A stretch of 55,203 bases of DNA from Hyphomicrobiales bacterium. GTDB lineage: Bacteria; Pseudomonadota; Alphaproteobacteria; Rhizobiales; Rhizobiaceae. The stretch covers positions 1 to 55,203 of the forward strand of contig JBBSOT010000001.1 in assembly GCA_038259455.1 (NCBI GenBank), written 5' to 3'. Position numbers and translations under genes: made by a program. The notes below the pieces were generated by a model, which worked only from the letters and a program-made list of their open reading frames with translations, was not told the origin of the DNA and made no database searches. This document shows positions 32,931 to 42,759 of this stretch, one piece after another (the first letter of the stretch is position 1; every line of letters starts with the position of its first letter).

Positions 32931-33683
32931 TTACGCTGACTTGTAACGCACACTGTCGAAGCGCGCAGCCAAGGCATCGTAAAGCAGCAACCGTCCGACC
33001 AGCGGTTCACCGATCCCGACAATCAGCTTGATGACCTCAAGCGCCTGCAACGTGCCGATGACACCTGCGAGGGCGCCGATGACTCCGGCCTCGGCGCATG
33101 AGGGCACAAGCCCCGCCGGCGGCGGCTCCGGGAAGAGGTCTCGATACGATGGGTTCATCGTTCCATCAGAAGCGGCTTCGTAAGGTTTTAGAACTGTAAG
33201 GCTACCGTCAAAACGGCCTAGTGCAGCGTGCACCAGCGGGCGAGCCTCAGCAGCGCACGCATCTGCCACCGCATAGCGGGTGTCGAAATTGTCCGATCCG
33301 TCGGCGACTACATCGTAGCGTGCAATGAGCGCGCGCGCGTTTGCAGGATCGATGCGTAGGAAATGTGGTTCAACCCGGACAGTCGGGTTTATCCTGCCGA
33401 TCGACTTTACCGCACTGTCGAGTTTGGTCAGCCCGATTGAATCAGTGTCGTGAATGATCTGTCTTTGAAGATTGGAAAGCGAGACTGTGTCGTCATCGGC
33501 AATCCCGATAGTTCCCACGCCGGCTGCTGCGAGGTATTGCAGGACCGGCGCCCCCAGGCCACCCGCGCCTATCACCAGTACACGAGCGCGTTTGAGCTTC
33601 TGCTGTCCCGCACCGCCGATCTCCGGCAGAACGATGTGGCGCGCGTAACGTTCAAGTTCTTCGGGTGTTAAAGGGGTGCTCAT
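32931..33683 (-). CDS. moeB: HesA/MoeB/ThiF family adenylyltransferase (molybdopterin-synthase adenylyltransferase-like)
   Basis: 250 aa with the YARHIVLPEIGGAGQQKL N-terminus and the nucleotide-binding motif VIGAGGLGAP. Confidence 0.85.
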   Translation of the reverse strand: MSTPLTPEELERYARHIVLPEIGGAGQQKLKRARVLVIGAGGLGAPVLQYLAAAGVGTIGIADDDTVSLSNLQRQIIHDTDSIGLTKLDSAVKSIGRINPTVRVEPHFLRIDPANARALIARYDVVADGSDNFDTRYAVADACAAEARPLVHAALGRFDGSLTVLKPYEAASDGTMNPSYRDLFPEPPPAGLVPSCAEAGVIGALAGVIGTLQALEVIKLIVGIGEPLVGRLLLYDALAARFDSVRYKSA

Positions 33684-33737
33684 CTTCAGATCATACCGCG
33701 GAAGCAGCCAAAACTCAGCAGGTGTCGTAACCTGACC

Positions 33738-34901
33738 TTAGGTTGGTCGAACGCTGCCATTGTCAACAGTGAAGAATTGGGCTCGTTCATCGATGCTATC
33801 AAACAGCGATTTGTCTGTTCCTGTCATGAAGGCTTGGCAAGCGAGCTCTTCGAGAATTGAGAAAAGTGCGGCGCGCCTGCCGGAGTCGAGATGTGCCGCG
33901 ATTTCGTCGAGCAGCAGGATAGGGACTTTCCCGAACACCTCGCCGCAAAGCCTCGCGTGTGACAGGATCAAGCCCACGAGCAGTGCCTTCTGCTCGCCAG
34001 TGGAACAAAGTTCTGCTGGCATGTCCTTGGGGCGATGACGGACGATCAAATCGGAACGATGCGGGCCTTCCAGTGTACGTCCAGCAGCGCGATCACGGTC
34101 GCGCCCGGTTGCCAGGGCTCGCCGAAACTCTTCCTCTACCTCAACGGCAGCCGCTTGGTTGATCCGGGCCTCAAGCACACCAGACAACGCCAATTCGGCC
34201 TGCGGGAAAGGACCGTCAGGAAACGCTGCAACCATCTTGCTTAGGAGTTTGACCGTTTCGACGCGCGCCGCTGCGATTGCAGTGCCGGACTCTGCCATCT
34301 GGATTTCGATGGCCTCGTACCACCTCTCGTCGCTTGAGCCATCCGTAAGAAGACGGTTACGGCTCCGCATTGCCTTTTCGTAAGCCAACGCCTGCTGACC
34401 GTGGCCAGGTTCGGTTGCAAGAACCAGGCGGTCGAGAAACCGCCTGCGGTCTCCTGCGGATCCGGTAAACAGCGCATCCATCGATGGCGTTACCCAGATG
34501 ACGCGCAGCCATTCAAGAAGGCTTTCAGCCGGTTTGGATGCAGCGTTGATGCGAATTCGGCGACCCGATTCGCTGGCGAAATCCATCCCCGAGGTTCCCG
34601 TGCCGATCTCGCACTCGCTGTCGTTGCCTCCAAGAACGGCATGAATGGCAAAGCCGCCCATTTGACCTTCCTTGGACATGTCGGCGTAAACCGCGCGTCT
34701 TAGCCCGCGGCCGGGTGCCAATAGGGATATTGCTTCCAGGAGATTGGTCTTTCCGGCGCCATTGTCCCCACTGAAGACCACCATGGATGGGCAAAAATTC
34801 AGTGACAACGATGAATAGTTGCGAAAATTGGTAAGGCCTAACTTACTAATGAAGCTCCGGTTTGAGGTATCCGAACGGTTTTCCTCTGTAGCAGGGGGCA
34901 T
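33738..34901 (-). CDS. recF: DNA replication and repair protein RecF
   Basis: 387 aa with Walker A GDNGAGKTNLLEA and the SGEQK-type signature (STGEQKALL). It sits downstream of dnaN. Confidence 0.95.
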   Translation of the reverse strand: MPPATEENRSDTSNRSFISKLGLTNFRNYSSLSLNFCPSMVVFSGDNGAGKTNLLEAISLLAPGRGLRRAVYADMSKEGQMGGFAIHAVLGGNDSECEIGTGTSGMDFASESGRRIRINAASKPAESLLEWLRVIWVTPSMDALFTGSAGDRRRFLDRLVLATEPGHGQQALAYEKAMRSRNRLLTDGSSDERWYEAIEIQMAESGTAIAAARVETVKLLSKMVAAFPDGPFPQAELALSGVLEARINQAAAVEVEEEFRRALATGRDRDRAAGRTLEGPHRSDLIVRHRPKDMPAELCSTGEQKALLVGLILSHARLCGEVFGKVPILLLDEIAAHLDSGRRAALFSILEELACQAFMTGTDKSLFDSIDERAQFFTVDNGSVRPT

Positions 34902-34914
34902 GATGCGTGACGCG

Positions 34915-36033
34915 TCACACCCGCATGGGCATAAGGACGTACAGAGCGTGTTCGTCGGCCGTGTCTTGGATCAAGGTCGGTGAACCGGAGTCGGCAAGCA
35001 TGAAGCGGGCCTCGCTGCCAGAAAGCTGGGCGGCAACATCAAGTAGATAGCGGGCGTTGAATCCGATTTCGATCGCTTCGGACGAATAATCTACTGCCAG
35101 CTCTTCTGTGGCGCTGCCCGAATCTGGATTGGTGACAGCCAGGGTGAGCTGACCGTCGGCAATCGATAGCTTGACAGCACGCCCGCGCTCCGAGGAGATC
35201 GTTGAGACCCGATCAACTGCTGCGGCGAAGCTCTGTCGGTCGATTGTCATCGCCTTGTCGTTCCCGGATGGGATGACTCGCTGGTAGTCGGGGAATGTTC
35301 CGTCAATTAACTTGGACGTCAGCACAACGCTGCCGATCGTAAACCTTATCTTGGTGTCCGATACTTCTGTTGTAACAGCCACATCCGGGTCATCTACCAA
35401 TTTCTGCATCTCGCTCACGGTCTTGCGCGGAATAATGATGCCTGGCATCCCTTCCGACCCGGCAGGTGCATCCATTTCAGCGCGAGCAAGTCGGTGCCCG
35501 TCTGTTGCGACCGAACGCAACTTAAGCTTGCCACCGGCTTCGATCGTGTGGAAGTAAATTCCATTGAGATAGTAACGGGTCTCCTCAGTGGAGATCGCAA
35601 ACTGGGTTTTTTCGATAAGTCCTCTGAGTGCCGTCGAGTCCATTCGGAAGATGTGAGAGAAAGTGCCCGCCGACAGCTCGGGAAAGTCGGATTGTGGCAG
35701 ACACTGCAGCCGGAAGCTGGATCGACCGGAGATCACGGACATCGATCCGCCGTCTTCGTCGGTCCGGAGCATAATCTCGGACCCGTCGGGAAGCTTGCGC
35801 ACAATATCGTAAAGCAGGTGGGCTGGCACGGTTGTCGCGCCCGCCATCTCGACTTTGGCTGACGTTGCTTCCGTAACCTCTAGATCGAGGTCGGTGGCTT
35901 TCATTTCGAGACTTGCACCCGTCGCATTCAGCAAGACATTCGACAGGATCGGAATTGTATTACGCCGCTCGACCACGCGATGCACATGGTTGAGCGACTT
36001 AAGGAGATTTGAGCGTTCCAGAATAACACGCAT
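34915..36033 (-). CDS. dnaN: DNA polymerase III subunit beta
   Basis: 372 aa with the typical N-terminus MRVILERSNLLKSLNHVHRVVERRNTIPILSNVLL. Confidence 0.97.
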   Translation of the reverse strand: MRVILERSNLLKSLNHVHRVVERRNTIPILSNVLLNATGASLEMKATDLDLEVTEATSAKVEMAGATTVPAHLLYDIVRKLPDGSEIMLRTDEDGGSMSVISGRSSFRLQCLPQSDFPELSAGTFSHIFRMDSTALRGLIEKTQFAISTEETRYYLNGIYFHTIEAGGKLKLRSVATDGHRLARAEMDAPAGSEGMPGIIIPRKTVSEMQKLVDDPDVAVTTEVSDTKIRFTIGSVVLTSKLIDGTFPDYQRVIPSGNDKAMTIDRQSFAAAVDRVSTISSERGRAVKLSIADGQLTLAVTNPDSGSATEELAVDYSSEAIEIGFNARYLLDVAAQLSGSEARFMLADSGSPTLIQDTADEHALYVLMPMRV

Positions 36034-36128
36034 GACGAATCAAGCTCGCTTGAATGAAAATCGGAAGCCCGAAATCGGACTTCCGCCTGAGGCACCGTAA
36101 CGTGCCAGAATCGGAGCAAACTGACAGG

Positions 36129-36164
36129 AAAAAAGAACCGAACGCAAGCCTGTAAGGGCTTGCG
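36129..36164 (-). terminator. possible terminator downstream of dnaA
   Basis: An 8-bp perfect stem CGCAAGCC/GGCTTGCG (36143-36150 with 36157-36164) has a T-rich tract on the minus strand (TTCGGTTCTTTTTT). The T-run is separated from the stem by about 8 nt, so this is weak. Confidence 0.35.
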
Positions 36165-36228
36165 CTGCTTCTGCTACCGGGTTTCTGGGGATAATCATGT
36201 AGCAGATCGGGTGATTGCAACTTGACCC

Positions 36229-37776
36229 TCAGGCCTGATCGTTAATCAACCGCCTCAGAAGCTCCAACTCCTGCGCCAGGGTATTGTCTGAACCAGACAA
36301 GTCTTCAATTTTGCGAACAGCGTGCAAAACCGTGGTGTGATCACGCCCGCCAAAACGACGACCTATCTCAGGCAATGACCGTGGCGTCATGATCTTGGCC
36401 AAGTACATGGCGATCTGCCTCGGCTTAACAATCGTCCGGGTTCGGCGATTGGAAAGAAGCTCCGTTTTCGAAACATTGTAGTGTCTCGCTACCACCCGCT
36501 GGATATCCTCGATGCGAACGCGTTTGGGTTCGCCGGATCGATATATGTGACCGAGGATTTCATCGATCCGCTCGATGGTGATTTGCGGCTCAAAGGTCTG
36601 GCGAAACAGCAGCTGGTTGAATGCACCCTCTAACTCGCGCCCGCTGCCGGTTATCGTACGCGCAACATGCGCCAGGATCTCTTCCGAGATATCAATTGTG
36701 GCGTCTTCAGCCTTTGCCGCAGCATGGCGCAGTTGCAGCATGCCCAAGCGCATCGAGTAATCGGGTGCAGCCATTTCCAACGCCACACCGCCATTCAGCC
36801 GCGATCGAACGCGTGGCTCCAGTGACTCAAGCTCCGATGGCGGTCGGTCCGCGGCGACCACGACCTGCTTGGCACTGTCCAGAAGCATATTAATCAGGTG
36901 GCAAAACTCATGTTGAATCGACTTTCCCTGCAGAAATTGCATGTCATCGATGATGAGCAGGTCGATGTCGCGCAACTGTTCCTTCAGGGTCAAAGCGTTG
37001 TTGTCACGGATGGCTGTTGCGAAGCGCCACATGAAATACTCGGCAGTCAGGTACACGACCCGTGACTTCGGATTTTGTCGGAGAGATTCCGCCGCTATTG
37101 CCTGCAGAAGGTGAGTTTTGCCGAGTCCCACAGTTGCGTGCAGGAACAATGGGTTAAATCGGGACATGGACTCTGCCACTGCACGCGCTGCCGCCAATGC
37201 GACGCGGTTGGAAGGTCCTTCGATAAATGAGTCGAACGTGTAGCGTTGGTCGAGAGGCGATCCGAGCACGCCTTGGCGAAATTCGGTTGGTGTGTGCGAT
37301 TGCCGCGGAGAGAGCACCGGATCAGCACGCCCGTTGGGGATCGTTCCGGACCCGAGCGCGGTTTGTATGGGTCGGATCGGCTTGCGAGTGACGTCGAGGT
37401 CATTCTCTATCGTCGAGCGTGCCAGACGCGTCGCACTGCGAACCACGATCTCAATTTTCAGCAGGTCTGGCTCTTGTTGGCGCCACAGCTCCGATATGAG
37501 GTCGAAGTAATGGCCGTTGATCCAGGACTTCAGGAATGCGGTGGGGACAGAGATGCGCACGATGCCTTTTGAGGCCTCCGCCAGCTTCATCCGCCCGAAC
37601 CAGCTTGAATAAACCTCAGTTCCAACTCGAGCCTTAAGTTGTGCCCTTACGCGTTCGAAATTCTTCTCCGCATCGCTCGATACCGCCATATCGTTCCCCT
37701 CGATCAAATCCACATGAAAGGGCATCCCACCTGAGCCCCTTCCCACTACGCCGCTCTGCATCTCCAGCATCCTCAT
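36229..37776 (-). CDS. dnaA: chromosomal replication initiator protein DnaA
   Basis: Has AAA+ Walker A GLGKTHLL and the C-terminal DNA-binding domain ([38 protein letters not shown]). The start is uncertain, with several in-frame ATGs in the first 31 codons. Confidence 0.95.
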   Translation of the reverse strand: MRMLEMQSGVVGRGSGGMPFHVDLIEGNDMAVSSDAEKNFERVRAQLKARVGTEVYSSWFGRMKLAEASKGIVRISVPTAFLKSWINGHYFDLISELWRQQEPDLLKIEIVVRSATRLARSTIENDLDVTRKPIRPIQTALGSGTIPNGRADPVLSPRQSHTPTEFRQGVLGSPLDQRYTFDSFIEGPSNRVALAAARAVAESMSRFNPLFLHATVGLGKTHLLQAIAAESLRQNPKSRVVYLTAEYFMWRFATAIRDNNALTLKEQLRDIDLLIIDDMQFLQGKSIQHEFCHLINMLLDSAKQVVVAADRPPSELESLEPRVRSRLNGGVALEMAAPDYSMRLGMLQLRHAAAKAEDATIDISEEILAHVARTITGSGRELEGAFNQLLFRQTFEPQITIERIDEILGHIYRSGEPKRVRIEDIQRVVARHYNVSKTELLSNRRTRTIVKPRQIAMYLAKIMTPRSLPEIGRRFGGRDHTTVLHAVRKIEDLSGSDNTLAQELELLRRLINDQA

Positions 37777-38319
37777 TCTTGCATCTTGTCGTTATCCGAT
37801 CGGCGCCCCGACCAAGGTCCGGATCGCCATTTGAGTTCCCCCGTTTCCGTCCTGCCCTTTCGCCCTCCGTCGAAGCAGGCATGATTTGCCGATCAACCGA
37901 ACGGCAAAAAAGTAAGCCTTCCGGCAGTTCGCCAGAATTTATCGTCTAAGCGTTGCTGCTTGACTGCACTCGCATATGCTTCGAATAGGACAGCGTCAGC
38001 CGATCGCGGAATCGCTTCCGCGGTCTTAAGTTTTGCCCGATTTGGCTGATTTGTCCGGGTTGAAGCCCGCCCTTTTCAATAGAGGCAGACTACAAAAATC
38101 GGGCATGTGAGGGCAAGGCCGAGGCTAACAGTTTTTTAATGTTTCATGGTCCTTGGACAGCCTCGGATGAGAGGTTGAGCAGGGCCAAAAGGGACAAAAG
38201 CGTTTTGATTCAAAACCTTTCCCGACGGCCAAACGGATTGGCATGCAAGCAGAAAAATTTTGAAAAATTTCGCTTGACATAGCCTTGTCTCCGCCCCGGA
38301 GGGACTGCGGTGAGCAAGC

Positions 38320-38328
38320 TGTGGACAA
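38320..38328 (-). promoter_or_regulatory. DnaA-box-like 9-mer (TTGTCCACA on the minus strand)
   Basis: The plus strand reads TGTGGACAA, whose reverse complement TTGTCCACA has one mismatch to TTATCCACA. It lies 544 nt upstream of the longest dnaA ORF start. It is a single site only, so it could be chance. Confidence 0.3.
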
Positions 38329-38505
38329 CCACTTGTAAGATATTGAATTGCATAGGAAAAATGTGCCGCTCGCATTTGAGCGGTGCACTGGCGCGCGCTT
38401 GCCTAGCCTCAAAAAGTGTGTATGTGCCGGCAAATGATAATCGGGACTGAGGAGGGGGCGTACGCTAACTTTCACGCGATGGCCGCAAGCCGTTGTCCGG
38501 CAAAC

Positions 38506-38531
38506 AAAAAACCCGGCGCAAGGCACCGGGT
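38506..38531 (-). terminator. rho-independent terminator of rpsT
   Basis: The minus strand reads ACCCGG-N9-CCGGGT followed by TTTTTT (plus-strand A-run at 38506-38511). It lies 27 nt downstream of the rpsT stop. Confidence 0.6.
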
Positions 38532-38557
38532 TTCACAAATCAGATATACTTGGCCGA

Positions 38558-38824
38558 CTATGCTGAAAGGGACTTCAGGCGCTGCGCGAGCCTGGAAACC
38601 TTACGAGACGCTGTGTTGGAATGCATCACACCTTTGTTGGCTGCGCGCATCAATTCCGGCTGCGCCGCCTTGAAGGCAGCTTCGGCCGCAGTCTTATCCC
38701 CGGCAGCGAGAGCTTCCTCGACCTGACGAACATAGGTGCGGACGCGTGAGCGACGGTTTTTGTTGATTGCCGTCTTGCGAGCGATCTTACGCGTCGCTTT
38801 CTTGGCCGAAGATGTGTTGGCCAT
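38558..38824 (-). CDS. rpsT: 30S ribosomal protein S20
   Basis: 88 aa starting [30 protein letters not shown] (ATG at 38822-38824). The track ORF (to 38890) is over-extended. Confidence 0.97.
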   Translation of the reverse strand: MANTSSAKKATRKIARKTAINKNRRSRVRTYVRQVEEALAAGDKTAAEAAFKAAQPELMRAANKGVMHSNTASRKVSRLAQRLKSLSA

Positions 38825-38910
38825 AATGCCTCTCATTCTTTCTTTTGATGAGCGCAGTGTAGCGCACAAAAACAAACAGGCGGCTGTCAAGCCACCTCGG
38901 TTGGTGCGGC

Positions 38911-38939
38911 TTATAGTTCAGCTTCGAACACACGTCAAC
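38911..38939 (-). promoter_or_regulatory. predicted sigma70-type promoter of rpsT
   Basis: The minus strand reads GTTGAC (38939-38934), a 17-nt spacer, then CTATAA (38916-38911). This is a close match to CTTGAC-N17-CTATAT and lies about 87 nt upstream of the rpsT ATG. Confidence 0.5.
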
Positions 38940-38973
38940 GCGGATTCGAGCCAACTTCTCCCGGCACCCGACT

Positions 38974-39747
38974 CTATCTGTTCTGAAAGTTCGGCGGGCG
39001 CTTTTCGACGAATGCGGCCATGCCTTCTTTCTGGTCCTCTAGTGCGAACATTGAATGGAATAGCCGTCTTTCAAAGCGCAAGCCTTCCGAAAGGGTTGTC
39101 TCGTAGGACCGGTTAACGGCTTCCTTGGCCATCATGACTGCGGGAAGAGAGAAACCGGCGATTTTGTCCGCTGCATTCATGGCCTCGCTTAACAACTGAT
39201 CGGCTGGCACAACGCGCGACACCAGCCCGGCGCGCTCTGCCTCGGCAGCATCCATCATGCGACCAGTAAGTACCATATCCATGGCCTTTGCCTTGCCAAC
39301 GAACCGCGAGAGCCGCTGCGAACCTCCCATGCCCGGCATTACACCCAATGTGATCTCCGGCTGGCCGAATTTGGCGCTATCTGCTGCAATGATGAAGTCG
39401 CACATCATTGCCAGTTCGCACCCTCCGCCAAGGGCATAACCTGATACGGCGGCAATTACGGGCTTGCGCAATCGCGCGAACTCCTCCCATCCGACAAAAA
39501 AGTCACCAAGATAGGCGTCGACGTAACTGTGGGCCTGCATCTCCTTGATGTCGGCTCCTGCCGCAAAGGCTTTCTCTGAGCCCGTCAGCACCGTGGCGCC
39601 GATATCCCGGTCGGCTTCAAGTGCCTTCAGTGCAGCCAGAACCTCGCCTAAAACTCTACTGTTGAGAGCGTTGAGTGCCTTTGGCCTGTTCAGTGTTACC
39701 AGCCCGACCTTGCCGCGAACTTCGACGATAATCGTTTCATATTCCAA
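38974..39747 (-). CDS. enoyl-CoA hydratase (crotonase family)
   Basis: 257 aa. The crotonase fold motifs [20 protein letters not shown] and [15 protein letters not shown] are present. Confidence 0.9.
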   Translation of the reverse strand: MEYETIIVEVRGKVGLVTLNRPKALNALNSRVLGEVLAALKALEADRDIGATVLTGSEKAFAAGADIKEMQAHSYVDAYLGDFFVGWEEFARLRKPVIAAVSGYALGGGCELAMMCDFIIAADSAKFGQPEITLGVMPGMGGSQRLSRFVGKAKAMDMVLTGRMMDAAEAERAGLVSRVVPADQLLSEAMNAADKIAGFSLPAVMMAKEAVNRSYETTLSEGLRFERRLFHSMFALEDQKEGMAAFVEKRPPNFQNR

Positions 39748-39777
39748 GGGAGCATTCCTTTGCAGCTTTGCAGGGTA

Positions 39778-40665
39778 CTAATGCTGACACACCGGACAGT
39801 AGAATGTCGACCGGCCACTCTGGACTATCCGGGCGATGACGCCGTGGCATCCGGGTTTTTTGCAGTCTTCACCTTGGCGTCCATACACCGAGAACTGGTG
39901 CTGGAAGTACCCAAGCGAGCCGTCGGTATGGGAATAGTCGCGCAAAGTCGATCCGCCTGCCTGTATGGCGTCGGCCATGACCGAACGGATCGCCGACGCC
40001 AATCTGGTGGCTCTCGCCGTTGTCCGGCCGGAAGTGGAAGCAAGGGTTTTGGCCAGTCTGCGTGGTGACAATCCAGCCCGCCATAGCGCTTCGGAAACGT
40101 AGATATTGCCGAGGCCGGCGATGAGCCGTTGATCGAGTAGAGCCGCTTTCAGCGGCACCTTTCGATCTCTAAAGAGAATCGCAAGCAAGGCGCCATCAAG
40201 CGCATTCCCTGTCGGCTCCACACCCAGCCCCCCAAGCATCGGGTGCGTCGATTGCTCGTCGACCAGTAGCATGAATCCGAAACGCCGTGGGTCATTGTAC
40301 ACGACGCGAATCGCTTCATCGCTTGGCGATGCTAGATGGAAGACGACGTGATCGTGAATGGCCATCTTTGAATGTGAGTAGTGGAATTTACCGGGGGTTG
40401 AAGCTTCCGTCCCTGCCTCGATCCGGAACGACCCGGACATACCAAGATGGCAGACAATCGTTGGCCCTAGATCCATGTCGATGAGGAGGAATTTGGCGCG
40501 CCGTCCGACAGAAACAATGGTCCGCCCTTCAAGCCTGGCAGAGAAGTTCAGTGGCAGCGGAAAGCGCAGATCGGCCCTTCGCGTTTTAATCGCTTTGATC
40601 TTCGCGCCCTCAAGAACCGGTTGCAGGCCGCGGCGTACCGTCTCAACTTCCGGGAGTTCAGGCAT
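39778..40665 (-). CDS. mutM: formamidopyrimidine-DNA glycosylase
   Basis: The canonical N-terminus [14 protein letters not shown] starts at ATG 40663-40665 (the track ORF is extended to 40752). A C-terminal zinc finger CxxC...CxxC (CKKPGC...YCPVCQ) is present. Confidence 0.95.
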   Translation of the reverse strand: MPELPEVETVRRGLQPVLEGAKIKAIKTRRADLRFPLPLNFSARLEGRTIVSVGRRAKFLLIDMDLGPTIVCHLGMSGSFRIEAGTEASTPGKFHYSHSKMAIHDHVVFHLASPSDEAIRVVYNDPRRFGFMLLVDEQSTHPMLGGLGVEPTGNALDGALLAILFRDRKVPLKAALLDQRLIAGLGNIYVSEALWRAGLSPRRLAKTLASTSGRTTARATRLASAIRSVMADAIQAGGSTLRDYSHTDGSLGYFQHQFSVYGRQGEDCKKPGCHGVIARIVQSGRSTFYCPVCQH

Positions 40666-41896
40666 CGTTGGCGATTGCCGGGAGGAACGAAGTTCCATGA
40701 GGGCCGCGGGACAGGCCGAGATGCTCGGCGATCGTTTCGCCGGTGTCCGCAAATGTGGAGCGCAATCCGATACTTCCTCCCGGCAAGCCGGGCGCAGTTC
40801 CGAAAACAGGTACCCTTTCGCGTGTGTGATCCGAGCCGCGCCAAGTGGGGTCGCAGCCGTGGTCTGCGGTCAAGATCAGCAAATCGCCCGGTTTCAGCAA
40901 AGCCAGTGCTTCCGGCAGGCGACGGTCGAAGGCTTCAAGGGCTGCAGCGTATCCTGGTACATCTCGCCGGTGTCCGAACAGCGTATCGAAGTCGACAAAA
41001 TTTGCGAATACGAGTTCACCTTCGGCCGCGTCGATCATGGCCTGAAGGGTGACATCGAAGAGCGCCATGTTTCCCGACGCCTTGCGCACTTCCGATAAGC
41101 CTTGATGTGCGAAGATGTCACCAATCTTGCCGATGCCAATGACCCTTTGGCCCCGAGCTGAAAGTCTGTCGAGCAAAGTAGGTTCAGGCGGCGGTATGGC
41201 GAAATCGCGGCGATTGGCCGTGCGTTCGAACGTCTCGGCTTTTTCGCCGAGAAAAGGCCGTGCAATAACGCGTCCTATGTTCAGCGGATCGACAAGTCTG
41301 CGCACGGTCACGCACAAGTCAAACAGCCTGTCGAGCCCGAAATGGTATTCATGTGCGGCGATCTGGATAACGGAGTCGCTCGATGTGTAACAGATTGGCT
41401 TGCCGCTTTTGATGTGTTCTTCGCCGAGGAGCGCAATTATCTCTGTTCCAGATGCATGGCGATCACCTAGGATGCCAGGAACATTGCCCTGCTCGATTAT
41501 CGCTCTCGTGAGGGACTGCGGGAAAGTCGGAACGGTTCGAGGAAAATAGCCCCATTCAAACGGAACTGGAACACCAGCAATCTCCCAGTGACCTGAAGGG
41601 GTATCCTTGCCGGTTGATATTTCCTGTGCCGCACCGTGGAAAGTCGATTTCTGAAGAGGTGGCCGATCTGACATCCTGAATGTGGAGGCAGTTTCAGCAG
41701 CTTCGCCAAGTCCAAGGGACAACATCACAGGAAGGGCGAGGGGCCCGCTACGCAAGCCCGGACGGTCGCCGGCTCCATCATTGCAGGCCTGAGCGATATG
41801 GGCGAATGTATTTGCTCCGGTATCACCAAATTGCGCCGCATCGTCTGCCCCGCCGACACCAAAAGAATCGAGCACGAATATGAAGGCACGCGGCAT
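40658..41896 (-). CDS. deoB: phosphopentomutase
   Basis: The homolog-like N-terminus [20 protein letters not shown] starts at ATG 41894-41896. Metal-binding motifs ([13 protein letters not shown]) are present. Its stop overlaps the mutM start (ATGCCTGA, 8 nt). Confidence 0.93.
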   Translation of the reverse strand: MPRAFIFVLDSFGVGGADDAAQFGDTGANTFAHIAQACNDGAGDRPGLRSGPLALPVMLSLGLGEAAETASTFRMSDRPPLQKSTFHGAAQEISTGKDTPSGHWEIAGVPVPFEWGYFPRTVPTFPQSLTRAIIEQGNVPGILGDRHASGTEIIALLGEEHIKSGKPICYTSSDSVIQIAAHEYHFGLDRLFDLCVTVRRLVDPLNIGRVIARPFLGEKAETFERTANRRDFAIPPPEPTLLDRLSARGQRVIGIGKIGDIFAHQGLSEVRKASGNMALFDVTLQAMIDAAEGELVFANFVDFDTLFGHRRDVPGYAAALEAFDRRLPEALALLKPGDLLILTADHGCDPTWRGSDHTRERVPVFGTAPGLPGGSIGLRSTFADTGETIAEHLGLSRGPHGTSFLPAIANDA

Positions 41897-42080
41897 AGCA
41901 ATGATCTCTGACACTCGCTTTGCGGGCAAGTCTGTCAGACATAGGGTCCAGCACTGTCTTTGGCAATTCGCAAGCCTGAATCCTGCCTAACGATTATGGT
42001 CCGCTGGTCCGTGATCCAGCCGGAGGGACCGCACTATACAGGTTCCTCGGTTCATAGAATTTTCGGGACGGGTGCGCCAA

Positions 42081-42704
42081 TCAACAGTCTGAGCAAGGAA
42101 CCGTGGTGCTCATGCGCGGCCGCAAATAATAGGTTTCTTCCATCGAGATCCCATCGAACGCTGCGGTGAGGCCGAGAGCTTGTTTCGACGAGGCCGCCCA
42201 TGTAATCACCGGCGAATATTCCAAGGAGCTTACGGCCCGCACCAAGAAGCTTCCTCGTATCTTGAGCGCGTCGGGAAGAGTTGTGGTCGACCCCGCAACC
42301 TCGCCGTTGCTGAAGACACCATTGACCAGCTTGCGCGACCAAACGACTTGGACCTTTGGCGTCGTTTCATCGGTGATCGCGATTGCCGTGACGGTTATCG
42401 ATGGCTGGCTGCGATTATATGGTTGCAAGGTGGCTTCCCCGATCCGCATTACCGCCTCAAGTTCGGATTTGCTGATGGCCTGTTGCTGTGTGATGAGATC
42501 GGCAACTGTGTGTCCCACTCGGCTGATCTTCTTATTGGCGTCGATTGCCTGTGAGACCTCCATCGTCACGAAGTACAATGCCATCAACAGTGGGACGATA
42601 AGAGCAAACTCCAGGGCAGCCACCCCGCGTTTGTCGAACATCAGGTCCTTCAGCTTCAACAGCAACCGGTTCGCCGTCAATCGTCGCTTTGTTTGCCGAA
42701 GCAT
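42081..42704 (-). CDS. TadE/TadG family pilus assembly protein (pseudopilin-like)
   Basis: The N-terminus ...DKRGVAALEFALIVPLLMALYF carries the prepilin-peptidase-type G/xxxxEF motif followed by a hydrophobic helix. The likely start is ATG 42704 (track 42749). Confidence 0.8.
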   Translation of the reverse strand: MLRQTKRRLTANRLLLKLKDLMFDKRGVAALEFALIVPLLMALYFVTMEVSQAIDANKKISRVGHTVADLITQQQAISKSELEAVMRIGEATLQPYNRSQPSITVTAIAITDETTPKVQVVWSRKLVNGVFSNGEVAGSTTTLPDALKIRGSFLVRAVSSLEYSPVITWAASSKQALGLTAAFDGISMEETYYLRPRMSTTVPCSDC

Positions 42705-42759
42705 TTTCTGGTTCCTTTCGGACGCCCGTATTGATGGTTGTTGAACCACGGCTCCGCCT

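Noticed and set aside
36034-36228. Possible oriC in the dnaA-dnaN spacer (TTATCCCCA-like box at 36186-36194)
   Set aside because: There is only one box with a mismatch, no AT-rich unwinding element and no box cluster. In Caulobacter and Sinorhizobium the origin has been mapped next to hemE rather than between dnaA and dnaN. Gene orientation around dnaA does not diverge here.
38125-38526. 133-aa ORF (minus strand) filling part of the rpsT-dnaA spacer
   Set aside because: The translation is Cys/Ser/His/Phe-rich with no motif. The ORF spans the rpsT terminator hairpin, has no SD, and lies in AT-richer DNA with atypical codon usage. I treat it as non-coding.
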